A DNA stretch of 64,000 nt, taken from assembly GCA_001244265.2 (NCBI GenBank), contig CDLV01000009.1, forward strand, positions 1,736,001 to 1,800,000, read 5' to 3'. Origin of the DNA: Microbotryum violaceum (Eukaryota). Position numbers and translations under genes: made by a program. Below the pieces are notes generated by a model, which was given only the letters and a program-made list of their open reading frames with translations, had not been told where the DNA came from and did not search any database. Shown piece after piece: positions 47,520 through 59,993 of the stretch (positions are counted from its first letter, which is position 1; every line of letters begins with the position of its first letter).

Positions 47520-48885
47520 ATGGGGAAAGTGAGTTTGCTGATCGTCTTGGTCCACAATGCAGGTTCACTGTGTCGCTTCTCGTGCGGTAGCTGATCCACT
47601 TGAGCGCGTCGCTCCTTCGTCCGCTGCAGTGTACGTGACCTCACCGCCTCCAGCACAGCCCCGTCCTCCATTACTACAGCCTCTACCACATGCATCTTAC
47701 GCTCACGATCCACAAAGGCCCCACCGGCCAGGCTCACTGCGGGAGACGGAGCCACGATCGTTCGAGTGCTCATAACCCCTTCCGTGTTGCCCTTTGCACA
47801 CAGATTACTGCGACTACTGCGACGTGTTTCTCACTCACGACAGTTCTTCTGGTAAAATCCAGCGTTATAGCGGAACTTGACGGCATGTGATCACCGCGAT
47901 TGACTCACCCCCTGAACGAATCGCAGTGCGCAAGGCCCACAACTCGGGCCGTAACCACCTTACCAACGTTCGAGACTACTATGCGTGCAAGTGTTGGGCA
48001 CTCATTGCTGACTCGATGCTCTCGGTGGCTAATCTACGATTTGCACGTGCTCACAGCTCTCGGGTCGGATAAGGCTCAGGACATGATCGATCAGATTGCT
48101 CGCAAGTACGAAGGCGGCCCCGGTGGTGTTGCTCGAGTGCTACCCATGGGACCCGGCATGATGGGCAACATGAATGGGCCTCCACAGAGTAAGCACCACA
48201 CCTCGATACTTCTTCGTCTCTCTCTCTGCTGCCCTTCCCACGACCGGCCCCTCACGCCGACTTCATTCCCGGACTCTAGTGAGAAATTTCGGAGGACCCC
48301 CACCCGGCTTCCAACCCGGTGGACCACCTTTACGATTCGGCAACGGCCCACCTCCAGGCTATGGTGCTCCCCCGCCTCCGATGCGTGGACCTGGTGGATA
48401 CCAGAATCAAGGACCACCACAAGGTGAGTGTGCGAATATCATCCTGTGCCCCGAGTCGAGCTCGTCAAGGTGCTGACAGCCTTCGCATAGGCTATCAAGG
48501 GGGATACCAGGGCGGCCCGCCCCCTCCCCAACTCTCGGGGCCACCACCAGGTATGTACCTATTACCACTGCATCCGACTGCTCGGTCATGTGCTGATTGC
48601 TCGGTCGAGCCGGCCTACACTCAGGGTTCCAACCGCCGCCGGGGATGCAACCACTGCCGAACTTCTTCCCGCCGACCTCGGGTGCGTCGGCGTCCGCTGC
48701 CCCAACAACATTCGATACACCTCCTTTACCGACACCCAATGGCGGAGCCGCCCCTCTTGTCAAGTGCGTGCGAGATCATCCCGTTCCCGCACAATACTTG
48801 GCCATCCCACTAACCGTTTCGAATTTCATTCTCTGTTCACAGTGGATTGAATCCGGAACGAGCCAGAATGCTGGGTCTCTTGTAA
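47520..48885 (+). CDS. YHC1: U1 snRNP protein C (multi-exon)
   Basis: [30 protein letters not shown] zinc finger, Pro/Gly-rich tail, ends GLNPERARMLGLL*. Confidence 0.93.
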
Positions 48886-49123
48886 CAAGGATTTGGGAAG
48901 CAAAGTTTCGCGCCCTTCATCGGCGTTTGTAATCATAGCCTAGCAGGCCTAAACAAAGATATGGGGTTGTTCACTCTTGTCGAAAGGCTTTCACCGCCAA
49001 GTCAGCTCGAGGCTGTCCGGGTATGCCGTACTTTGCACGATCGTCATGACCAGAGCAAAAGAAGTGCCCCAAAAAGTCTAAATTCCAGCAGTCTTGGTTT
49101 GGCAACACAGCGGCGAATCGTTC

Positions 49124-51243
49124 CTACACCACCGCAGCTTTGACCGTCTTGCCACGTTTATGCTTGCCGACTGAGGACTTGTTTCCCGCGGTTGCTTTGG
49201 CGCCACCTCCGTTGCTCTGCAGTATTGCGTTCTTCTTTCTGTTCGTCTCTTGTCTCTTACCGAACCCATCCGCGAGTTCCATGTTACCCATTCTCTTGGC
49301 CATCGAAACCGCGCTCAGCAACTCCAGCACAGCTTGTTCCGGTAGCTCAAGTTCGTGCAATTTGGTATCTGCGTACCCCAAAGACGTTGAGGGGTGGTCA
49401 ATGACCCGCGCAAAAACGCACTTTCTCGAATCGAAACCCAACCGCTCAAAGACGTACTAATACGTTCCTCAAGCGCCTGAACCAACTCGACGTCTCCTTC
49501 CGTGACGACGGTAATACTCGTACCTTTGCGACCCGCACGCGCGGTCCTACCAACCCGATGAACATAATCATCCGGAACCCTGGGTACTTCCCAATTCAGC
49601 ACGACTTCGACTTCGGGAATGTCCAATCCTCGACTGCCGACGTCAGTCGCGATGAGCAGCGGTACCTGTTGCCTTCGGAACGACGACAGCGACTGCAATC
49701 GCTCCGATTGGGAGAGATGGGAGTGGAGGGCCGTACAAGGAATCGGATTCGGTAAATGACCGAGAAGTGAGGTGAACAGTGCGGCGGTACGGCAATGCGG
49801 CACGAAGAGGATCGTTTGGGGTAATCGAGGGGTCGAAGCTTCCTCGGCAGAAGGCGAACTGGCACGTTTCGTTCGTTTCAATGGTCGTTCCCCTCCACGA
49901 CTTTTGTGATTCAAAGTTGAAGCATCAATACTGGCTTGCACGGGTTGAGCACCGGTGAGGTCGCAGAGATTCAACAGGAGGTAGACGAGGTACACCTCGC
50001 GTACTTGGGAAGGAATGAAAAGATATCGTTGCACCAACCCAGCCGGAGTCGTGATTCTGATCATTCCAGAAAGAGCTGTCAGCTCGGACGTTCGCATCGG
50101 GGCGTTGTAAGATTTCGAGAGATTCGAGTGCTCACGCATTCCGAGAAACGTGGATGAACGGCGGGGTTTTACCGGGGACCGTCTGGCGCTTTTGGAGAGC
50201 CATCACGGGTTCCGTCAAAGTGGCGGTGAAGAGCAGACTTTGTCGTTGAGAGGGCAACTGATCGACGAGGAACGCCAAATCAGGTGCGAATGTCGGCGTC
50301 AACAGCCGGTCGGCTTCATCAAGGACCTGTATGAGTTCAATCGACGAGAGAAGGTCATGGCCGAGTTCGAATTTTCCAGTTTCGTCTGTTCGTCAATCGA
50401 TTTTCGACAGTCTAGCATCGGACTTACGAGATACTTGACCTTGCCTAGGCTCCATTCGTCCTTGTTGCTCCTGATCAAGTCAACCAAACGGCCCGGTGTA
50501 GCGATGATGACGTGGGGTCTTTTACGGAGTTCAATCGCTTGGGCCATCATGTCCATGCCTCCGACGATGACGGCCGAATGAAGGTTCACGGCTGCGCCGA
50601 TGACCCTGAATTGTTCCGAAATTTGAAAAGCGAGTTCCCTGAGTAGGTAAAAAAGGCAAAGTGAGCTGAGATTTCCCCTACGCTGCAATCAAGTCAGGTA
50701 CTGACCGTGTCGGAGTGAGAACGAGAGCAAAGAAGCCGTGCGGATCTTTGGCGAAGTCTTGCATGATGGGAAGGGCGAAAGCGATCGTTTTGCCCGAACC
50801 TGTTTGCGCACTTCCGATGCAGTCGCTGCCTGTGAAAAGACCAGGAGTACTAAAATGAGCATTCGACGGGATAGCGCCTGATACGAGATGGGTTGTGGCT
50901 GCGACGAACCCGCTAAAATGGGAGGAATGCACGCCGCCTGTACCTCGGTCGGCTGTCGAATCGACATGGCTTGCAGGGCGTTGCACAAGAATCGTTCTAC
51001 ACCCAGCTGTGCAAACGAGGTCGGGGTCTTGGTCGTCGTCGAAGGAAGCTTCTCCGTCACGGTGGCCGTGGTCGCCGTGGTCGCCGTGGTCGCCTTGTTC
51101 GTCGCGGCATCCTCGATTGAAGCAGCATGTTCCAACGTGACTCGTGAGGTCGTAGCCACGGGCATCGATCTCGAGGGTGGCTGTGTTATCGGGTCGCTCA
51201 GATCCGACTGGGTATCGGATGAAGAATCGCTCGACATGTACAT
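49124..51243 (-). CDS. DBP8: DEAD-box RNA helicase Dbp8/DDX49
   Basis: Q motif [61 protein letters not shown]. Confidence 0.92.
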
Positions 51244-51630
51244 GTCCTTGTCCGCGAATGGCCCGGACGGAGGTTGGCGACCGGTCAGTGTGAGCTCAGC
51301 TGCCAGCTGCCACTGAGCCTGCGAAGTGCAAGACCGGCGAGCGCTGCTTACTAATCCTCACCCAACGATGCTGGCCCGACTTTGCCCGTCGGAAGCGGCC
51401 GGAACAGAGAAAGGCCGACGCTTCCCTCGGCCAGGCTCGGCTCGGCCAGGCTCGGCTCGGCCATCGATTTCAGCCACCGAAAGATGGACCAGCGAAAGAC
51501 CGAGAGTTCGTGCTTGTGGCTTTGCTGCATCCTCCACGTCAAGACACTTTTACCTGTTTTCCAAACCGCATTTCCCCCCCGAGCTCCGATCCCCGATCCC
51601 GATCCCCAGCCCTACTCTACTAATCTCACC

Positions 51631-52945
51631 ATGGTCAAGGTCAGTCGCCTATAGTAGCGCACCCCTCGTGGAGATCGCTGCTAATCCGATGGTCGATCTC
51701 GGCAGGCTGTCAAGGACGTCCAGGATGAGCGAAAGTAAGTTGCGCCCTCTCGGTGCATTCCGCCAGGCTAGTCAACTCTAGCGGGCGCAGATCGCTGATA
51801 CGGCCACGCCTTGTCCTTTTCTGTCAGTCATCAATCGTAAGTCCATTTTGCGTGCCCCCCTTGGTGATCTGCCGTGATCGCGCCCGGAAGATCGGCACCA
51901 CTTTCGCAGCGGACGACGTCAGCCGTCGATGCCGTCATGGTCGAATTCTGATTCAAAGCTATGCTGTGCCCTTTCAACAGTGCCACGGTCTACGGAGGTT
52001 TGCGAGCGGGCGCGATCGGACTTGGTCTCGGCGCTGTGGGCTCCATCGCACTACAACGCAGTGGCGTCAAGGCATACAGGAGCCTCACCCTGCCGCTCAA
52101 GGCGTTCGCTCTCACGTGAGTTGGCACCCACTTCGCTCCGTCATTATTAGCCCATCAAGACCTCTTCGTTGAATGAACACACTTTGGTGTCAAACAGTTC
52201 CGTCACGACAGCAGCGTTCATTATCGGAGCCGACAGCGCATCACGAGAGTATGAGCTCGCCAAGTACTCGATCGGATCCGACAGCGATCTCGCGAGGGAA
52301 GCGAGGCAAGGAATGCAATTGGAACGAGAGGCGGGTATTGCGGGCGAGACGCAACAGAATCGACCAACACTCAGCACGCGCGATGCTTTGATTGAATTCG
52401 GCAAGACCCATCGTTACGGTGTCGTCTTTGGAGCGTGAGTCGACCGTGCGACGTATTCCGTCGTCGCATTAGATGCGGATATTGACTCCATTGCGACTTT
52501 TGAAATCGTTTCCTGCTGCCTGGTCTTGATCTTGACAGATGGGCGGCTTCGATGGTTGGATCTTTTGGATACATTAGCATGACTCCCCTCAGCTTTGCGC
52601 AAAAGTGAGTTTGACATGCAGCCCGAAACTCCCGTGCGAACGAATCTGACCAGTGTTTTAAAATGCAACGATAGGCTTGTCCAAGCTCGAATGGTCGCTC
52701 AAGGATTGACCGGTAAGCTCCTTCTGGAAGTAACAACCTGTGGGTGAATTACCTCAACCTCACCGTTTCCGCCTCCGTTCGCAGTCGCCGTCCTCATCGC
52801 TAGTGCCGGCCTTTCGGCGATCCCGAGCACCGCAAGCGGAGAAAGTGAAGATCAGGTCAAGCGCCGCGAGAGGGAAGAGTCCATGTTCCGGTGGAAGAAG
52901 GGGAGTCAACACGACTTGGAGCATTCGGCTTCGTTGACCAAGTAG
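51631..52945 (+). CDS. RCF2: Respiratory supercomplex factor 2-like HIG1-domain membrane protein (multi-exon)
   Basis: ATVYGGLRAG...YRSLTLPLKAF...IIGADSASREYE...HRYGVVFGAWAASM...QK|LVQARMVAQGLT. Confidence 0.85.
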
Positions 52946-53225
52946 ACGGCCAGGTTCATCTTTGTAGGAGGCGCGTGTATAGACCCCACACCCTCCATAA
53001 TTCGTTTTAGCGCAGATCGGTGTTATAGCAATCCTAGTCTCTGTGCCGACAGTGCGAGAAAGAGAAAAAACGTTAGTCCTCGGCCGAGCCCCCGCCCTAC
53101 AAAAACTTGAACTGCACTCCGCAGTCGTAGCCGAATGGTCTTCTGCTCGAGGAGCCTTGCATTGCATCTTATTACATTGCTTGATGTGCATATACTGCTT
53201 CGTCGTATTCTGGCTAGGTGCTCCA

Positions 53226-55643
53226 CTAAATCGCGTACCAGGCCCAAACCAACGTCCATAGGACGACGCCTGGCCAGACGACGGCGTGCACCTGCCTCAT
53301 TGTCTGCACCCAAATCGCGCCGAATTTGGTTCTCCCTAGTATCTCTTCGACCTTGCTTGCGACAAGGAGCGGGGCCATCAATACCCTGATGAGCGCTATT
53401 CTCAGGACCCTCAATACCGGCTTAAGAGTGTACCGATAAATCGGCCCCAACCCTCGGTTCAGCGCCTCGTCAATCTTCACCAACGCCTGTGCCGTCTTGC
53501 TCGGCCGACTCGTTAACTGCCTCCTCCCCATCGAGCTGGACAACGGCGAGGGTAGACTCGTCTCGCCTCCACTCCCACCTCCTGCACCTCCGCCACCCCC
53601 AATGAAAGTTCCCTTACTTTCCCACATGTAGACCCTCGACAACCTCCGGACCTTGTTCCCCAACTCGAGCTCCTCCTCCTCCTCATCTTCATCATCCAAC
53701 AAGCTCGATCTTCGCGAATGACCCTGACTTCGATTCGGCGAACTACTCGTCGGCAACTCCTCTGCGCCTACGCCTGAATGATACGCATAATCGTCACCTG
53801 GCGTCGCGAGGAACGAAAACGATGGGAACTGCGAGTCGTCATCATCACCGGCCTCGTCGTATCCAGCATCGACTTTGGATCCTCTTCCCAACCATTGTCT
53901 CGAAAGTGATGATCGATGCCGGTGGATCGGTAATCCATTCGACCGAGCGCTCGCATTCGATCGCTTCAATGAGCCCGTGATCATTCTCCACAACTTTGGT
54001 GCGAGGAAGAGCAAGATCAGGAGGAGGTACAAGGGCATGTAGATTCGGGTCCAGAGGTAGATTTGGTCGGGGAGGACGCAGTTCGTTTGGGTGAAGGTCG
54101 CCGAGGTTGAGGGGTTTGTGCTGTCCTTGGGCGCGTAGAGGGATAGGAGGTGGTATCCTGGTTTACGGATCCCCATCGCCATGGACTAAAGCAAGGAGAA
54201 GAGGCCATCAGTACGACGAGATATCGTGTCGACTGCGGGCTAAACAAAGATTGATCCCGACTCACGAACGCTTTGACCGTCGTCTCAATCAGTGGTGTTT
54301 CGCCGTCGATCAAGAAGGGATGTCTGACGATGCACGAGTCATGATCGTCGCCGCTGTAGACCAGATTCGGCTTCAAGGTCCTAACGAGCCACTGCGTGGT
54401 TTCTTCGTCCAACTGATTTTGGTAGTTGAGTCCCGAGCCTTGACGTAGAGCGTTCTGCGACTCGCGTGAGGCGCCACAGAATGTCCCCTCGGGTCGATAT
54501 AATGGGATGTGGGTGAAGAGGACCCGAGGGAGGTTCGATTTTTCTGCCGGGCAATTGATCCCCTCAGCGTCTTTTTCCCGCCTGTTTCTCAAGAAGCATG
54601 GGTTTTCACTCACTCTCGCCCAATCTCGCGATCCAATTCCTCGCTTCCCTCCCTTCAACGCCGGGTTCCAACACCGCCATCGCATCGACCCAAACGAGTT
54701 GCCAACCGCCAGTTTCGACGATCCCGTTCGTCGGCCCAAAGGTATCTCGGAACCGCTTTCTTCCGTTCGACGAAAGCGTCGAGGAAAGGTTGTGAAGTCC
54801 CAGGTCATGATTTCCAGGTATGTAGATGGTGGAAGGCGATTTTGAAAGAGTGGACGGCGGTGGAGGGAATAATCGAAAGAATCGGGACGAGTACTTGGCG
54901 TGTCTGAACAATAAGGAATCGGGTTTTTTGAGGTCAACTCTGATGAACCAAGTCACGTGAACCAGCCACTCATCCTGCCAAACTCACTCGACGACATCGA
55001 CGTTCTCGACTCCTGAATCGAGCAAGTCGCTGAGCCAAACGACGGAATCGATCTTGCCATGTGGGCCCGAAGCTTTGCTGACGAATCTCCACGCTTTCCT
55101 GATGTACGCATCCGTAAATTTGATGCCGAGGTAGCGTCCTATCCACGACCGACCGGGGTAGGATCTCATATCCAAAATCTGAGGATCCTGTGAGGGCAAG
55201 GGGAGCGAGTGGGCACGGGACACTTTCGCGTAGATGAGCTTCTGTCGGCCAGTTAGCTCACTATCGGCTCTGCGAGCGCTTACGGAAACGACCAAGACAT
55301 GCCAAGGTTGGTCCCCCTTCCAGCTAGGGTCATCCTCCCAATCGCCAAAGCTCGGGGAGCTCGCCGCGGGTTCGGTCGCGCTGTCGGCCCTCTTCAACGG
55401 CGGCGCGAGCGGTTTCCAGACCTTGCCCTCGCTCGAAGGTGTATCATCGAATCCACAGGACGAGGTGTGGAGGTGAAAGGTGGCGTACTCGGCGTAAAAG
55501 ACGACGAGCAGGATGATCGTTCTCGAAGGGAGGAGTACGATCGAACGTAGCCGGTGCGAGGTCGACGAGCCGTGACGACGGGATGAGGAAGCGCTGAGGC
55601 GGTTGCGGAGCAGTGGGGGAGCACCGTACCGTGGTGCAAGCAT
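53226..55643 (-). CDS. CDC1: Cdc1/MPPE1-family metallophosphoesterase (GPI remodelling), multi-exon
   Basis: DPQILD..SY, SDLLDSG, PGNHDLG, FTHIPL, SGDDHD, SMAMGIRKPG; N- and C-terminal hydrophobic segments. Confidence 0.87.
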
Positions 55644-56024
55644 GGTGACGGAGAAGAGAACGTGCCTGATCGTGGTTGACTATGTCCGTATGGTCGCCAT
55701 GTCTAAAGGACGGATCTATAGAGACAAGACCGGCAAGCGCGCTCCGGGATCGCAGCAGCCGAGAGCGTGCGCGTCGTATTAGACCGGCGGCTATTACCGG
55801 CTAGTACCAGCTATTACCAGCGGCGGCTTATACCGGCTACCCTCGGCTTAGCTCTGGTTTCCTTTTCCCCCACATTCTCAACTGTAACCCTCCCGCATCT
55901 CGACCTCCCAGCAAAATAGTGTTCTAATCTGTACCACAATCAAGGTGTTCTGTCTCATCTCATCCCCACCCTCACCCCTCACCCCTCACCCCTTCGCTCC
56001 CATCATCCAGTTGTAGAGCGCGGC

Positions 56025-56755
56025 ATGTCGTCGTCGTCGTCGTCGCCGTCTTCACCTCTGCTCGGCACACCTTATATCCTCGCACAGTCGACGCCCACCT
56101 CTTCGCAGACGCACCTCACCCAAATCACGCCCTCGCTCTGCTCGAACCTCTCGGCGTTTAAAGCGCTACTCCGCTCCTCGCGAGCGCTCGACGATTCGAT
56201 CGCACTCCGGCTCAATCGGGCCAGCGCCCTGCACCGATCGTTCGCGAATCCAGACGGCGACAGCTGCGATTCTTTTTGGAACGAGCTCACAACGCGTTGG
56301 AACGAGCGAACGCGCGTATTGGCCTTTTGTGATCAGGTTCATTTGGACCAGGCGCGCACTTTACCGATCCCGACCGCGGATTCGACCAGGATAGAGAAAG
56401 GGTTGGATCGCGATCGATTAACAACCCAAGGTAGAGGCGAGACCGAAGTAGAGGTTGAAGTAAGCCCGAGCTCGTAGTACGGAACATTTCCTTTTTTAAA
56501 AGGCGAGAATAAAGAGCTCACTCGCTCCCGCTCCCCCATTTTGAACAGCGACGACAACTGCGCACCGAGACCAACGTCGAAGCCATCATACGAGCACGCT
56601 CCTTGGACCTCTTCCTCTCGCGATGCCCTTATCACCCTCAACAACCCGCACCGATGCCCTTGCCCGGTTATACAACCGACAACTCCTTAACTCCGGGTGA
56701 CGCGGTGGCGCGAAGAGGTCGGGATGGACGAGGTGGGGTCAATTGGAATGGTTGA
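56025..56755 (+). CDS. MIX23: Mix23/Cid2 mitochondrial intermembrane-space protein (2 exons; intron 56460-56548)
   Basis: C..LSAFKALLRSSRALDDSI..RLNR; CDSFW......W..R...LAFC; LRTE..VEAIIRARS...F.SRC. Confidence 0.85.
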
Positions 56756-57190
56756 CGACGGGAAAACCTCGCGCTGCGCCAGACCAAGACGAAGAAGCCT
56801 ATACGGGATGACGGGATTGTCGAAACTGCAATAGAGCTACCGAAATAGAAAGCAAAAAGCATCGACGACTCCCCTCTGCTTTCCATCATGCATGTTTCGA
56901 ATCGGGACGATAGCTCGATCCTTCTCAATGATGCCCCGCGGAGGATGCAGTAAGAGAGACAATATCAGGCACTACTTTGCAGATTATCCGTGCTCAGAGG
57001 ACAGTTCTTTATCAATTCACGTCCCCCTTATTCAGTCCAGTCAGCGTTCGATCCTCTAACGTCTTTTCTGCAGGGACTGAAGAACCTCTGTGCGGATGAA
57101 GGAGTAAAACGACTTGAGAACCATCCATTGCATCAATCGCACCACATCTCGCTACCCCAACCGCTGGGGAGAACCTTCCGCTTGATCACT

Positions 57191-57769
57191 TCATTTACAG
57201 GATCGGATTATGATGCAGCTCAACGCACACGAAAAAGATCTTTGATTCACAGAGTAATCGAAGAGAAGGCTCGGGAGTCAAACTTTGAGCCAAGAGGGGG
57301 ACATCTTCGAAGAAAAGGACTTACGACGGTCGCGATGGTTGGTTTTCGCATTCCTTGGTGCATTCTCTTTGGTTATGAATGCGGTGTTGTTGTTTTTTGA
57401 AGCAGCAGAAACGTAGGACAGAGGATTGAATGGGACAGTTAGTCGCAAGGCCTGACGACGCACGCAACTGAATCTTATATAAAGTGCGCACTTGCAGGAT
57501 AGGAGTTCATCGCTTGAACGGCGTGAAACCTTGTAAGCTGGGCTAGCGGCATCGTTGGTATTGTAGCCAGTCGTAACGCTTGATCAATGCAGCCAATGGA
57601 AGGTTCGGCGGTCAGCAGGCGAACGCAACGATTCCCCACCAGGGGCTTGTGCCGCAACGCACCGGTGCTCAGGGGTGGTCTCCGTCTGAACGGCGACCGG
57701 AGTAGCCAAGGTGACCTGACCGAACCAAGCACAGTGCAAGAAGATGATAGCGAAGTAGTGGGAGCGCAT
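57191..57769 (-). CDS. Small secreted 6-Cys protein, copy 1 (~94 aa, 4 exons)
   Basis: Signal-like MRSHYFAIIFLHCAWFGQVTLA; splicing gives ...VSRRSSDELLSCK|ECTKECENQPSRPS|SFSCALSCIIIRSCK*; exon structure and Cys spacing conserved in copy 2. Confidence 0.7.
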
Positions 57770-59143
57770 CTTCGTCTTCTCTCCTTCTCAAAAACGTATG
57801 AAGCAGAGGAAGAAAGAGAGAGGATCATTCCGTCTTGTGAGAGAATACGACCGGACCTGGGTTCGGTCCCGACATTTCATCCGTTTGATCGCGTCATTGC
57901 CTTCTGAAACCTGACTAACAGACACTCCACTCCCAACCGTGGTACTCGGGAGCCAGTCGGAAGCTTTCAAGGCCAACACGATTCGGTAGCAAGTTCCGGA
58001 CTTGGCCGAAGCACCAGGTCACCCTCCAGCGGTCAATCAGGTCAACTACGCCGGTTGCGGCAAGTACCTCATGAAGCGCTCCCGTGTGAATTTAGTACTT
58101 TGGTGTCTCGCGGCCAACTGCAAATGCATGCAATGCACACGGACGATTGGGCCGAACGGGAGGAAGAGGAGGTGATTATGAAGAGGCCCTTCACTTTTGT
58201 GCTTCGGCGACTCGGAGAACGTGGAGCAATGGTGGGAAAGTAGGCCGGCACTTAGAAGGAGGACCGGGCCGGACGAGCAACAACCAGGAAGAGGGGCTGA
58301 CTGAGGTAGTGAGACGGCTGGAATATCTAGGACGTCTCGACCGAATTTGCTTATTGTTCTTCGCGGAAAGGACTTCTGCGATCCAATACCTGCCTCTCGC
58401 TTTCTGCGTGTTTCAAGTCTCGCAGGGCGTCGTTCTCTAGTAACGCGTGCGCAGTCTCGCCGCCTCGTTCCCACGCGCGGCCTCGTTCCTCGTTTCTACC
58501 CCTTTCCGCGCTCTCTCCTTCCAACCCCTTTCTCTCTGCCGTTCCGGTCACTCTGTCCGCCTCTCTCACCTTGGGTGCCTGCGCACCCCACATGAATAGG
58601 AAGCCCAATTGTTCGTTAGGTTTTGCGCTTGGTAGAACAATATGCCGGCATGTGGCGATGTGGCGGCAACTCATGACCGTTTGTCAGATTAACCGATGGT
58701 CCTTTATCAAGTCGCGCCCCCCTTCCCCAGTTCAGTCAGCGATCGATATCGCAGAAAGTGGACGAGCCTGTCAGATAGACTTTCGATAGGATAGGTAACG
58801 AGGCCGAGAACTCAGGACCACAATGTAGAGCGAGTGAGGAGAAAGCCGCTACCGAGAGTAAACAGCCGCGCGGGAAGAAAGCCCCGCGCAGACCCTAACT
58901 TCAATAGATCAAACTCCACTACCTTGAAAGTGACTAATGACTGAACGCACCCGCACCAGCGCAGATACGACTACCACAGGCACAGACACATATCAAATGA
59001 CATTCGATCTTAGACGTCTTTTCTGAGGGGACAAAGAACCCCCGTGCGGAGGAAGGGGTAAAACGATCTGAGGACCATCCATTGCATCAATTGCACCACA
59101 CCCCGCTACCCAACGGCTGGGAAGGCCGTTCCGCCTGAACACT

Positions 59144-59758
59144 TCAGTGGCAGAACTTTCCGAAAACGCATTTCATCGTACACCAGAGAGATCTTTGGTT
59201 CGCGCGGTGTTTTACGTACGAAGTCGAAAGAAGAAGGCTCTGGGTCAGACTCCTGAGCCAAGAAGGGGACTCCTGCTTGCAAAATAAGTACTCACTGCAA
59301 CCAGGGGTGCGATGTCGGGCTTTTACAGTCTTTGATGCATGATCTTCATTTATAAAAGTTGTGTTTTCCATGTAGCAGAAACGTAGGACATATGAGTTCA
59401 AGATGTCAGTTCGTCGCAAGCTTTGACCGTCCGGCGGAAAACCTGATTCTTATCCAAAGTACGCACTTGCAGGTCGGATTTTCATAGCTTGCGAGTTGGT
59501 TTGCAATGTTGTAAACTGTGCTAGTGGTATCGTTGATCTTGGAGCTAGTCACAATGCTTGATAAATGAACAAACTGGAAGCGTCGGTCAGCACAGGGCGA
59601 ACGCAAGGATTCCCCCCCACCAGGGGCTAGGTTGTAAGTTGTTCCGCAACGCACCGGTGCTCGGGTATGTTCTTCTGAAAGGCGACCAAAGTATCCAGGG
59701 CGACATGACCGAACCAAGCACAGTGCAACAAGATGATAGCGAAGTAGTGCGAGCGCAT
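59144..59758 (-). CDS. Small secreted 6-Cys protein, copy 2 (4 exons)
   Basis: MRSHYFAIILLHCAWFGHVAL...ENPTCK|SCIKDCKSPTSHPWLQ|SLWCTMKCVFGKFCH*. Confidence 0.68.
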
Positions 59759-59790
59759 TTTCGTATTTTCCTTCTTGAGAACGTAAGAAG

Positions 59791-59993
59791 TGTCAGAGTG
59801 TATATTGCTGTTTCATCCCACTTCTATTACCGATCATGATTAGTTACTAGTTGTTGATATTAGTCGCCTCGCGCGGCTATTGCTTGCCTCGCGCGCTCCT
59901 ACTCTGCGCTTCTCTTCTTTCTCTAACTGTCTTTACTATCATCCTCGGCTCTCGTACTAAACGTATCTCGTGCCTCGGCTTTAGGTTCTAATA
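59791..59993 (+). mobile_element. Solo LTR related to copia family C (203 bp, TG...TA)
   Basis: TSD AGAAG 59786-59790 and 59994-59998; absent at the paralogous site ~57800; shares CTAGTTGTTGATATTAG and TCGGCTCTCGTACT with LTR C. Confidence 0.92.

Noticed and set aside
55965-55995. CCCTCA repeats as interstitial telomere
   Set aside because: Few imperfect copies and not CCCTAA; low-complexity 5' region.
57405-57420. Non-canonical CG/AC acceptor in the secreted-peptide genes
   Set aside because: A downstream AAG acceptor restores frame and Cys spacing in both copies.
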